In this document: in pieces, positions 14,867 through 23,424 of the stretch | How the letters are laid out: each line of letters begins with the position of its first letter | Position numbering within the stretch: the stretch's first letter is position 1 | IMG/VR virus record: IMGVR_UViG_3300012942_000014 | Span: 1 to 45,108 of that record | Strand: one strand, 5' to 3' | Length of the DNA: 45,108 bases | Source: a virus | Taxonomy: Duplodnaviria > Caudoviricetes | Made by a program: the position numbers and the translations under genes | Notes under the pieces: model-generated | Databases searched by the model: none | Seen by the model: the letters and a program-made list of their open reading frames with translations, nothing else | Told to the model about the DNA's origin: nothing

Positions 14867-15002
14867 CTACCTCCCCCAGTATCTCTATAGCTCGGTTCAG
14901 TCCATCAATAAATCCTTCTTTATAATCAGGAGTCCAGTCAGGTCTATCAAAATTGTTACTAGTTTCGAGCCCTATCTCAAACTTTAGCCTTTCTTCAATC
15001 AT
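14853..15002 (-). CDS. 49-aa hypothetical protein
   Basis: MIEERLKFEIGL...YKEGFIDGLNRAIEIL. Confidence 0.5.
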   Translation of the reverse strand: MIEERLKFEIGLETSNNFDRPDWTPDYKEGFIDGLNRAIEILGEVDDED

Positions 15003-15479
15003 AATAATGGTTACTAATGCCCTTCTTATTCAAACTGTAAATGATGGCGTAAAAACCTAACTCAAAGAATATACTAAACCCAGCGAGGGTCACTATGTTG
15101 TCTTGTATCGGTAGAGTCCTAGTGCCAAACAATATCATCCAGCCTAAAATGCTAATCACAATAATCTAATTCCCTTTCTTCACGCTCTCGTGATTCTAGC
15201 TGATGTATTAAAATCTCTTGTATCTTTAGTTCTTCACTAGACATCTACCCCTCCCGCAAAGTTCTTTAGTTTTTTAGCCATTTTTACACCCTTAGGGATG
15301 CTTGAGGCAATATGCCGATTCCAGAGTAGAATCCCAACTGCACCTATATCCCACCCGCAAAATTGCATCAGAGTGCGGGCTTCTTCTTTAGTTAAGTTAT
15401 ATAGTGTTTTACGCATATATTACCCTTCTGGTATCTAGGATACCCCTAAGCGCCCCATATAGAGGCGCTATAGGCTACA

Positions 15480-15623
15480 CTAGAGATGTATAATACCTGT
15501 ATTGTCTACTACACCACCAGTACGAGCTAAAAAGCCCAGCAGTGCCTTAGTATTCTCAAAGGTCATTAAACTATGGTTGCCATCTGTTGAGACGACCTCA
15601 ATATCAATTCTTACTTTTGCCAT
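15480..15623 (-). CDS. 47-aa hypothetical protein
   Basis: MAKVRIDIEVVSTDG..., TAATG overlap with upstream gene. Confidence 0.5.
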   Translation of the reverse strand: MAKVRIDIEVVSTDGNHSLMTFENTKALLGFLARTGGVVDNTGIIHL

Positions 15624-15814
15624 TAGTACTGGTACCTCTCTGCTGCTTTTGCAACTCTTTTACTATACTTATCTTCACAATCCCCGATAGCTACATCTAG
15701 GATACGTACCCCATTGTCGATAAAGGTAGACTCGATAGCGACACCTACCCCCATCTTAGCCATTGCACTGCGAAGATTGCCCAAATTACTTGATTGTACT
15801 GTGATATTAAACAT
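15623..15814 (-). CDS. Hypothetical early protein
   Basis: 63-aa ORF, AAGGGG RBS. Confidence 0.55.
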   Translation of the reverse strand: MFNITVQSSNLGNLRSAMAKMGVGVAIESTFIDNGVRILDVAIGDCEDKYSKRVAKAAERYQY

Positions 15815-15824
15815 AAAATGCCCC

Positions 15825-16130
15825 TTAAATTAGTTCTGCTGTGTTATTAGGGTATGTAAGCATTACTGCCTCTTGTTCAAACTCATCCCTGAGACGAGCA
15901 CACACCCGTTTAATAGTGGTAGCACTCTCATCAGTAGCCACCTCAATCTTGAAGGACACCTCTTGAGTACCCCCCCAGTAACCACTTACTTTTGTGATAG
16001 TACACCCGTCGATGCCGAATTCTGATAGAACCCGGCCAACCGCACTAGGATACTCCCTAATACGCTTACGATTCTCTGTTGCACTCAAGACCGAGCGAAC
16101 AGAAGTTGCATTTATTGTAAATAATTTCAT
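15825..16130 (-). CDS. Small ferredoxin/PII-like-fold hypothetical protein
   Basis: GCTITKVSGYWGG..E.S..IEV...LRDEFEQEAVML pattern. Confidence 0.6.
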   Translation of the reverse strand: MKLFTINATSVRSVLSATENRKRIREYPSAVGRVLSEFGIDGCTITKVSGYWGGTQEVSFKIEVATDESATTIKRVCARLRDEFEQEAVMLTYPNNTAELI

Positions 16131-16204
16131 AGTATACCCCTATGATACCTTTCTGGTGTATAGCACACCTATATCCCTCCCCTATAGAGAGGGAATTAGC
16201 TATG

Positions 16205-16429
16205 CTATGAGAATTGTAGAGAATTGTGCACAAGGTGGTAGACGGCATACGCCTCGTCCTCGTTATCGAAGGATAAGAAGTGTATGCTGCCCTCTGGATG
16301 TACTACCCAGGTTACCTGGTATCCTAGCTTGCCATTGCCCCTAGAATACCTAGTAATAGAGACTCCAGACTCTGTTCCAGCTATGAGAGTGCTCATTATG
16401 CCCTCTCTTGCTGGTCGGTAGAATCCCAC
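16205..16429 (-). CDS. Hypothetical early protein
   Basis: ORF, probable start MSTLIAG. Confidence 0.5.
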   Translation of the reverse strand: MGFYRPAREGIMSTLIAGTESGVSITRYSRGNGKLGYQVTWVVHPEGSIHFLSFDNEDEAYAVYHLVHNSLQFS

Positions 16430-17069
16430 CAGTTAGGGCCAAAGTCTAGTTCCAATTTAGCTAAAATATCTTCCGTTGCCATAGTTATACCCCTATTGCT
16501 TACTTAGTTATTCTTAGACCCATCCCACCCCTTGGTCGGATACGTCTACTTAGTAACCAAGCACAAGTATAGACGGGGTGCCAGAATTGTGTTATGACTA
16601 ACACCCCTAATATACTCTCTGAGGCGATACCCCGTGCATAGCCCAAGGCATCTGTTACGCTCTGATGACAGCCAGAGTTCCTATTTGTAAAGGGCGCATC
16701 TAATAAGTGGTATTCGTCTACCTTGCTTAAGGGTAGTGCTAGTAGGCCACAATTCACAAGAACTGCAACTTTTCGATAGGTTACGTAACGCCCCCCTCAC
16801 AGATGTGCTCAAGATATAAGCAAGTACGCCATATCATACGCTATGCATATCATATTTAATACATACCTCGAGTATCTTACCTGCTACTCAAGCTTTACGG
16901 TTAGCCTATCTAACCTAGCCACTACTAACCACTAGTATATAAATATACTGATGACTTTTCGCTATCTCTATAGTAAACAACATGTGGTAGTACTTTTCAT
17001 ACCGCTTGCCACTAGGGCTGTTGCTTCATTCCAGATAACTATTGTTACACCGTTCTTGTAACTGTACTC

Positions 17070-17098
17070 AGTTTACTACACTATCATTTAAATGTCAA
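17070..17098 (-). promoter_or_regulatory. Early leftward promoter 2
   Basis: TTGACA-17-TAAACT. Confidence 0.7.
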
Positions 17099-17242
17099 CA
17101 CCTAAGTTCGCGTATCTCTGTTGCTATGCTTACTTATTTACTGTAGCCAAGCTGTAACTACTGTGCTTAGAGATGCAACCCGTTAGGTTACCGACGTGAT
17201 AGATTGTAAATGCTTACCGTTACGTTTTATGTAACTATTTTT

Positions 17243-17271
17243 ATAGTACACCCCTCATTACGTAATGTCAA
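17243..17271 (-). promoter_or_regulatory. Early leftward promoter 1
   Basis: TTGACA-17-TACTAT. Confidence 0.65.
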
Positions 17272-17321
17272 CACAATTGTAAGACTTTTTTATATAATTA
17301 TCACGCTACCTCTGTTATATC

Positions 17322-17836
17322 TGTGCATAACTCGAGCGCCCGCCGTACCATACCGCTTACCTAAGGCCTCAGTGGCACAAGAGATAGTATTAGTAAGTAT
17401 TAGCTAAATGCTAATAATAAGCGTATGTATGATGGTTGCAATAAGCATAGACGGCTAAAAGGTTGCACGCAGCAAGGCGCGTTTATATCTGTAAGCATAA
17501 AAAGAACCGGCTTGTAACGGCCGGCCCCCTTATATCGCCTTTTGGTTGTTACCTTAGCTTGTAATACTCTGTATAAGCAATAAGACTATAAAGGCTAGTA
17601 CTAACTGTACTATGTAACTAGCTACTACTCTGATAGTGCTAAGGCATTGTGCAAGCTTAGATAGCCTCTGATTACGCTTATTACTGTTTAAATACCTAGC
17701 CATACGTGCATCTGTATATCTATCTATGTACATATCTGTATACCCCTATACTTATTATGTTTACCCTCTTATTATCTCTCTTATGTATATACCAGTCAAC
17801 AGTGATAATGCTAAAGTTATGCACAGTTTATGCACA
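17322..17836. other. Candidate origin region with three TTATGCACA (DnaA-box-like) sites
   Basis: TGTGCATAA 17322-17330; TTATGCACA 17817-17825 and 17828-17836; AT-rich ORF-free region at the strand switch. Confidence 0.45.
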
Positions 17837-18032
17837 GGCTGTAACAGGGGTACCACTATACTATTAGTGCTATGTATGTTCTAATAGTTGATAGTTTAGT
17901 TAGTTTATGTCTTACTATAGTTAAGTGGTGGGGTGGACACACAAACAGGTTCGCGTGAGTGTGTATACGGGTCATGTATTGTATCTGTTAGTTCACTCAC
18001 GTACATATCTTTTACAAAAGTATAGAGGGGGC

Positions 18033-18062
18033 TTGACAATACTACTATTAGTGTGCTATACT
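18033..18062 (+). promoter_or_regulatory. Rightward promoter 1
   Basis: TTGACA-18-TATACT, TGn. Confidence 0.75.
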
Positions 18063-18192
18063 ACTAGTAATTCGAACCATGCACGGGCTAAGATATGCGA
18101 CCGTATGAAGGAGAAGACTCAGTAACGATATAACTTGCCGCCAGTTTACTGGTTTTCTTGCTCATAAAACTAAAAAATATCCCAGAATAGTC

Positions 18193-18221
18193 TTGACAAA
18201 AGTATATATCTGTGCTATACT
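18193..18221 (+). promoter_or_regulatory. Rightward promoter 2
   Basis: TTGACA-17-TATACT, TGn. Confidence 0.8.
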
Positions 18222-18305
18222 GAATGAAGGTAGAGGCGAGAAGTCTCTATTTTATTTAGAAAGGAATAATGCTATACTATGAGTAGTAGTAAAACAAAGG
18301 AAAAC

Positions 18306-19094
18306 ATGGAACCAAAGATAGTTATCTGGGATACTGAGGTATCTCCAGCAATAGTTGCAGGATATGGGAATAAGTGGGATTTCCGGTATGTAAAAGAAAT
18401 TGAACCGCAGAAGCTCATGTGCTATGCTTATAAGTACCTGGGTGAAGAAAGCGTCAAGTTTGTTTCTATGCACGACTTTGAGACACAGGCTGAGCTAGTT
18501 CAGTCATTAGCAGACCTGCTGGATGAGGCTGATATTACGGTCGCACACAATGGGATAAATTTTGATGACAAAATGGCAAACACTTTCTTCATCTCAAACG
18601 GCATTGATAGACCGTCACCGAGAAAGTCTGTTGACACACTTCGGGTCGCAAGAAGAAAATTCAGATTTCCTTCGAATAGCCTTAATGACCTTGGAGAGTA
18701 TCTTGGCCTTGGAGGAAAAGCAGAGACAACTTATGGAAGTATATGGGAAGATTTTATCAGTGGAGATGAAGAGGCGTCAAGACTTATGGAAGTCTACAAC
18801 GCAAGAGATGTGGAACTCCTAGAGAAGATATATGAGAAATTCCTGCCATATATAGATAATCATCCAAATATGGGACAATACCTACAGAAGCAGAATGTCT
18901 GTCCTACTTGTGGAAAAGAAGATACATTACAGAAGCGTGGCGTTGTTCAAAGGATAAATGGTCCAGTCCAGCAATACTGGTGCAACACCGGAAAGGGCGG
19001 TTGTGGAGCATGGCCTAAGGAGCGCTACGTAGCAAAAGAAGATAGAATCCCTATGGGAGAGAGGAGCAATATAGTTCATGGACAAGGTGTTTAA
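18306..19094 (+). CDS. RNase H-like (DnaQ/DEDD) 3'-5' exonuclease with Zn ribbon
   Basis: WDTE, AHNGINFD, YNARDV, CPTCG...C....CG; AAGGA RBS. Confidence 0.85.
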   Translation: MEPKIVIWDTEVSPAIVAGYGNKWDFRYVKEIEPQKLMCYAYKYLGEESVKFVSMHDFETQAELVQSLADLLDEADITVAHNGINFDDKMANTFFISNGIDRPSPRKSVDTLRVARRKFRFPSNSLNDLGEYLGLGGKAETTYGSIWEDFISGDEEASRLMEVYNARDVELLEKIYEKFLPYIDNHPNMGQYLQKQNVCPTCGKEDTLQKRGVVQRINGPVQQYWCNTGKGGCGAWPKERYVAKEDRIPMGERSNIVHGQGV

Positions 19095-19278
19095 AAAGAC
19101 GGGAGACCGTCTTGCGTACAATACAGCGAATTCTAAGCCAGTCTTTAAAATTCTACAAACGCTTACCGAAGGGTATGTATATATTGTAGAAGGTAGACCG
19201 TTCGGACCAATGAATTTCGTCCTTAAAGACGCAGTAGTTGAAGAGGTTGAAGATGAGTCTAGCAAGTCAACTAAGTGA
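19078..19278 (+). CDS. Hypothetical protein
   Basis: 66-aa ORF, GAGGAG RBS. Confidence 0.55.
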   Translation: MDKVFKKTGDRLAYNTANSKPVFKILQTLTEGYVYIVEGRPFGPMNFVLKDAVVEEVEDESSKSTK

Positions 19279-19426
19279 TAACCTTACATTAGAAGAGAAG
19301 CTAGCTTTAATAGATAAAGCTATGACTGATGAAGACTTTAAAAAGGACTTCAACAAATCAAATGGCCGACCACTAGATACACCAGTAGACCCTATGGACG
19401 CCCTTCAATGTGAGGGGTGTCAATAG
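19253..19426 (+). CDS. Small protein ending in CxxC (RNR C-terminal-tail-like)
   Basis: ...PVDPMDALQCEGCQ*. Confidence 0.6.
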   Translation: MSLASQLSDNLTLEEKLALIDKAMTDEDFKKDFNKSNGRPLDTPVDPMDALQCEGCQ

Positions 19427-19683
19427 TGGTAACGATTTACTCGACACCAACCTGTGCCTTCTGTAAGGTAGAGAAGCAGTGGCTTGATAGTAAGGGTGTA
19501 AAGTATGATGTAGTAGACTTATCTGAGGATGGGAATGCAAGGAAAGAACTAGCAGATAAGGGTATGGTTGGGGTACCGATTACAAAGATAGGTGATACTA
19601 TCATTAAGGGCTTTGATAGAAAGCAAATAGAAAAGGCATTAGCATGGATAGAAACGAAGTCTGGAAGTCTCCAAGAAAGCTAG
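19417..19683 (+). CDS. Glutaredoxin (NrdH-like)
   Basis: IYSTPTCAFC, GVP, IKGFD. Confidence 0.9.
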   Translation: MSIVVTIYSTPTCAFCKVEKQWLDSKGVKYDVVDLSEDGNARKELADKGMVGVPITKIGDTIIKGFDRKQIEKALAWIETKSGSLQES

Positions 19684-19850
19684 AAGAAGAGCGAAGGCAG
19701 AAGCTTCACGAAGAGTTTGAAATACTTTATCAATTAGTTGAAGAGGGTATGATAACATTCGAAGAGGCTAAGGAGGCCTTTGAAGCACCAAGAGATGAGC
19801 TATTTACATTTAAGGAGTTTGATGGGACTATTCAAGAAGCCAAAGGTTAA
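19644..19850 (+). CDS. Hypothetical protein
   Basis: 68-aa ORF in operon. Confidence 0.5.
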   Translation: MDRNEVWKSPRKLEEERRQKLHEEFEILYQLVEEGMITFEEAKEAFEAPRDELFTFKEFDGTIQEAKG

Positions 19851-20082
19851 TGAGGACCTGATAATAAAGCCAGCACCAAGAGATGTGGCATTCTTCTCAT
19901 ATAGGGGATTAGCTTGCGCAGTTAACATCAATGACTGTACAATAGACCAGGTATTTGAGGATGCTAAGAAATCACTAAAAGCAGCAATGGAAAGAGAGGA
20001 GATTATAGATGACAGAAACCCCAACAAAACGGGGGAAGCGGTACGGCGAACGGACAAGAGACGGTCTAGTAAAAAAAGCTAA
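19780..20082 (+). CDS. Hypothetical protein (likely start MGLFKK)
   Basis: AAGGAG RBS before ATG at 19822. Confidence 0.5.
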   Translation: MKHQEMSYLHLRSLMGLFKKPKVNEDLIIKPAPRDVAFFSYRGLACAVNINDCTIDQVFEDAKKSLKAAMEREEIIDDRNPNKTGEAVRRTDKRRSSKKS

Positions 20083-20440
20083 CCAGTGGCAAGGCACTCT
20101 ACAGCAAGAGAAGTGGCTACTCTACTACTTAGACCCTAAGAGCCCTACATTCGGTAATGCCTATGGTTCAGCCTTAGAAGTCGGGTTCAGTGAAGCGTAC
20201 TCTAGGACGATTGCTAGACCGAGCAACTCACTACAGTGGGTGAAGGAAGCAAGGAATATTATTTCAATGAGACCTGAGCATATCGTTCAGAAGCTTCAGG
20301 AGTTCGCCCTCGATAATACACAGAAGAGTGAAGTACAACTACGAGCCCTAGAATTACTTGCTAAGACCCAAGGTATGTTCATAGATAGGAAGGTGGTAGC
20401 GCATGGTACGTTCGAAGAAGCGCTCAGAACACTTAAGTAG
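20009..20440 (+). CDS. terS: Terminase small subunit
   Basis: GNAYGSALEVGFSEAYS and LRALELLAKTQGMF motifs. Confidence 0.75.
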   Translation: MTETPTKRGKRYGERTRDGLVKKANQWQGTLQQEKWLLYYLDPKSPTFGNAYGSALEVGFSEAYSRTIARPSNSLQWVKEARNIISMRPEHIVQKLQEFALDNTQKSEVQLRALELLAKTQGMFIDRKVVAHGTFEEALRTLK

Positions 20441-20663
20441 TTTCTTAAAAGAGGCGAGGAAGAGATTCCCCAATACCTCCTGGAATGCCTATCAAGCAGA
20501 CAAGACTACGAATGAGGTATATGGCCCAGGATTCATCTTAGTAGGCAGGAGAGGCGTTCTAGAGAAAGAATACTTTATCCTTTATGAAGATAATAGACGA
20601 ATGCCCTGGGCAGCAATGATAAACGGACAAATAGACATGGAGTTGCATGGAAGAGTTCATTGA
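20403..20663 (+). CDS. Hypothetical protein
   Basis: ORF in operon. Confidence 0.45.
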   Translation: MVRSKKRSEHLSSFLKEARKRFPNTSWNAYQADKTTNEVYGPGFILVGRRGVLEKEYFILYEDNRRMPWAAMINGQIDMELHGRVH

Positions 20664-20985
20664 TAAAGAATACGAATTAAAGGTACGAGAATATATCGCT
20701 AAGATGCTATCTAACCGCAAGGGAAGACGAGCACTAGCGAAGAAGGATGGGAAGATTAAGGACTGGGATAGTATACAAAACTACTATGGGCCAATCAATA
20801 AACCACTTGATTTAGGTATCAACGCCTTTAAGAAGCTTGCTAGACAGAGACTTGACAAACCATACAAGTATGTGAAAAACTATAAAGAAGCAATGTACAA
20901 TGCATTAAAGGAGATTATTGATGGCAGTACCGACAACAGCACAACCAGTGCGGAGAGTGGTGAATCTAACACCGCCAGTAAGTGA
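20647..20985 (+). CDS. Hypothetical protein
   Basis: ORF in operon. Confidence 0.5.
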   Translation: MEEFIDKEYELKVREYIAKMLSNRKGRRALAKKDGKIKDWDSIQNYYGPINKPLDLGINAFKKLARQRLDKPYKYVKNYKEAMYNALKEIIDGSTDNSTTSAESGESNTASK

Positions 20986-21388
20986 GGAAAAAGCATTAGA
21001 GGTTAATGGATATCCTGACGGTAGAACAGTACCCGATGTAAAGCGTGATGAAATCATCGCCGAAGGGTATGACCTAGATAAGGCTACGGATTCAGGAGCA
21101 CTCTTTGCTAACGATTATCAGAAGCCTGTAGCAGTTACTGGCGTTACTCTAACTCCAGCTACAGCCTCAGTAGAAGTAGATGCTACAGTACAGCTTACTG
21201 CAACAGTAGCTCCAGATGACGCTTATGTCCAAGATGTGACATTCAGCTCATCAGATGAGACTAAAGCAACTGTTGATGCAACCGGTCTTGTAACCGGTGT
21301 AGCAGTCGGTAGCGCAACTGTAACGGTAACTACTGTCGATGGCGAGAAGACAGATACGACAGCTGTCACAGTAACTGCAGCAGAATAG
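20918..21388 (+). CDS. Bacterial Ig-like (Big_2) domain protein, likely virion decoration
   Basis: VTGVTLTP...VQLTATVAP...VTFSSSD..KATVDATGLVTGV..G.ATVTVTT. Confidence 0.85.
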   Translation: MMAVPTTAQPVRRVVNLTPPVSEEKALEVNGYPDGRTVPDVKRDEIIAEGYDLDKATDSGALFANDYQKPVAVTGVTLTPATASVEVDATVQLTATVAPDDAYVQDVTFSSSDETKATVDATGLVTGVAVGSATVTVTTVDGEKTDTTAVTVTAAE

Positions 21389-21424
21389 TCTTGACAATTC
21401 CTGGATTGTATGCTACACTGATAA

Positions 21425-21524
21425 GTGAATCCTACAAAAGCTCAGTGATTATATAGTGCCGACTATATATAGAGTCCAGAAATTGCAGGCAGTAGGAGCT
21501 CTCTAACGAGGGCTTCTATTTTTT
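21425..21524 (+). ncRNA. Candidate ~100-nt small RNA
   Basis: Own promoter TTGACA-17-TACACT (21391-21419), no ORF, intrinsic terminator 21493-21524. Confidence 0.55.
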
Positions 21525-21527
21525 GTG

Positions 21528-21556
21528 TTGACAAATTATCTCAATTGGTATATAGT
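21528..21556 (+). promoter_or_regulatory. Promoter for terminase-large/portal operon (leaderless first gene)
   Basis: TTGACA-17-TATAGT, ATG 6 nt downstream. Confidence 0.7.
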
Positions 21557-21562
21557 TATTCT

Positions 21563-21787
21563 ATGATTAAAAATAGACGAATGTTATATATCTGGGATGA
21601 GAATGCCGAGTTCTTCGATAGTCTCCCCAATAAATCAAAGTTAATCAATCTATTCATTCAAGAGAAGCGTAAAGAAGCTGGTGATGTAGTAGATAAAGGT
21701 GAAGAGTTCCAAAAACTAGTAGAGAGATTTGATGCAAGAGTCAAACCTAACAGAGAAACAACAAAGGCTACTACTAGAGATAGCTAA
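21563..21787 (+). CDS. Small hypothetical (possible ribbon-helix-helix) protein
   Basis: LYIWDEN...LPNKSKLINLFI pattern. Confidence 0.5.
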   Translation: MIKNRRMLYIWDENAEFFDSLPNKSKLINLFIQEKRKEAGDVVDKGEEFQKLVERFDARVKPNRETTKATTRDS

Positions 21788-23420
21788 GGACTTTGACCGT
21801 TTCCGAGAGAATAACCTCTGGATACGGGATAAAGATTCTAACATTGTGCCCTTTGTACCGAATATAGCGCAGAGGGCGCTTATTGACCGTGTCATGACCT
21901 GCCTGAGAGAGGGTAAACCAATTAGGATGATTATTCTAAAAGCTCGTCAGATGGGTCTATCAACAGCAGTAGAGGCTATCATTTACTGGTGGACATCAAC
22001 TAATCCAGAGGTAACGGCAAGCATTATCGCTCACCAGGAGGACGCTTCCAGAAACCTCTATAATATGTTCAAGAGGTATTATGATAATTCTAATATTCTA
22101 TTTAAACCTGCTCGTAAGTACGATACTCGTAGTGACATTAAGTTTGCTAGAGAAGACGACGATGGAAATCAAATCGGACTTAATTCTGTTATCAAGACTG
22201 CAACTGCTAAAAATACTGGTACTGGTCGGTCTGATACTATCAATCTTGTGCATGGTTCTGAGGTAGCTTTCTGGGACAATGGTGAGGAGCTTGTAGCTTC
22301 CCTTATGCAGACAGTACCGCATAGAGCTAATACAATGATATTCCTAGAGTCCACCGCTAACGGTAAAGGTAACTACTTTGCTAAGATGTGGGATGGAGCT
22401 GTTAAGGGCGATAATGACTATGAGCCGTTCTTCTTCCCTTGGTGGATTCAGGATGAGTATGAAATGGATGGCGATGATATCACCGAGTTTACCGTAGATG
22501 AAGAAGATATCATTGACTATATGCGAGAAGGTATTAAGGTAGGTAATGAATTTTATCAAGTACCTGAAGAGCGGATACAGGGCAAGATACGGTTCAGAAG
22601 GCATAAGGAACGAGAGTTCATGGCAACCCCTGAGAGACTCTTACAAGAGTATCCAAGTACTCCTCACGAAGCCTTCATTGCATCAGGTAGAAATGTCTTC
22701 AATACCAAGGCTCTTACTCACATGGAGAGAATGGTACGAGACACTGCGAAGTATGATATAGCCGATGACGACCAGAGAAATCCATATGTCACTGAGAATC
22801 CTTATGGTAATCTTAAAATCTGGGAGAAGCCTAAACCAGAAGATGAGTACGTTATTGGGGCCGATGTAGCGGAAGGTATAGAAGGTGGAGACTTCTGTGT
22901 AGCTGATGTTATTCGAGTAAAAGATTTAACTACCGTAGCCAAGTATAGAGGAAGAATCGACCCTGACCAGTTTGCACACATCATGGACAAGCTAGGGAGA
23001 TACTACAACTTTGCCCTACTTGGCCCTGAGGTAAATAACCATGGACTAGCTGTGGTACAGCGATTAAGGGATTTATTCTATCCTAACATTTATAAAAGAG
23101 AATCTGGATTAGATGAAGTATTTGAAACACCTACAGCAAAGTTTGGTTGGAAGACCACAGCAATCACCAAACCTCTGTCCATCGACTATCTGGCCGAAGC
23201 TGTCCGAGAAGGAATTGTTAAAGACCCAGACATTGTATTCGTTAAGGAAGCATTTTCATATGTCAGAGATGAACGTGGAAGAACAAATGCAGAACAAGGC
23301 GAGCATGACGATACGGTGATGGCTAAGGCTATAGCCTTGCAATTATTCGACTGGTCTGCTAATAATAAGAAGGACTTAAAAGTATACAAACCATCAAGGG
23401 ATAGAAAGCGTAGAAAGTAA
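21729..23420 (+). CDS. terL: Terminase large subunit
   Basis: ILKARQMGLST Walker A, HGSEVAFW, LESTANG, IGADVAEG, HDDTVMA. Confidence 0.95.
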   Translation: MMQESNLTEKQQRLLLEIAKDFDRFRENNLWIRDKDSNIVPFVPNIAQRALIDRVMTCLREGKPIRMIILKARQMGLSTAVEAIIYWWTSTNPEVTASIIAHQEDASRNLYNMFKRYYDNSNILFKPARKYDTRSDIKFAREDDDGNQIGLNSVIKTATAKNTGTGRSDTINLVHGSEVAFWDNGEELVASLMQTVPHRANTMIFLESTANGKGNYFAKMWDGAVKGDNDYEPFFFPWWIQDEYEMDGDDITEFTVDEEDIIDYMREGIKVGNEFYQVPEERIQGKIRFRRHKEREFMATPERLLQEYPSTPHEAFIASGRNVFNTKALTHMERMVRDTAKYDIADDDQRNPYVTENPYGNLKIWEKPKPEDEYVIGADVAEGIEGGDFCVADVIRVKDLTTVAKYRGRIDPDQFAHIMDKLGRYYNFALLGPEVNNHGLAVVQRLRDLFYPNIYKRESGLDEVFETPTAKFGWKTTAITKPLSIDYLAEAVREGIVKDPDIVFVKEAFSYVRDERGRTNAEQGEHDDTVMAKAIALQLFDWSANNKKDLKVYKPSRDRKRRK

Positions 23421-23424
23421 CTAG

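Noticed and set aside
14853-15002. Apparent frameshift in a small ORF
   Set aside because: Careful re-reading shows a continuous 49-aa frame
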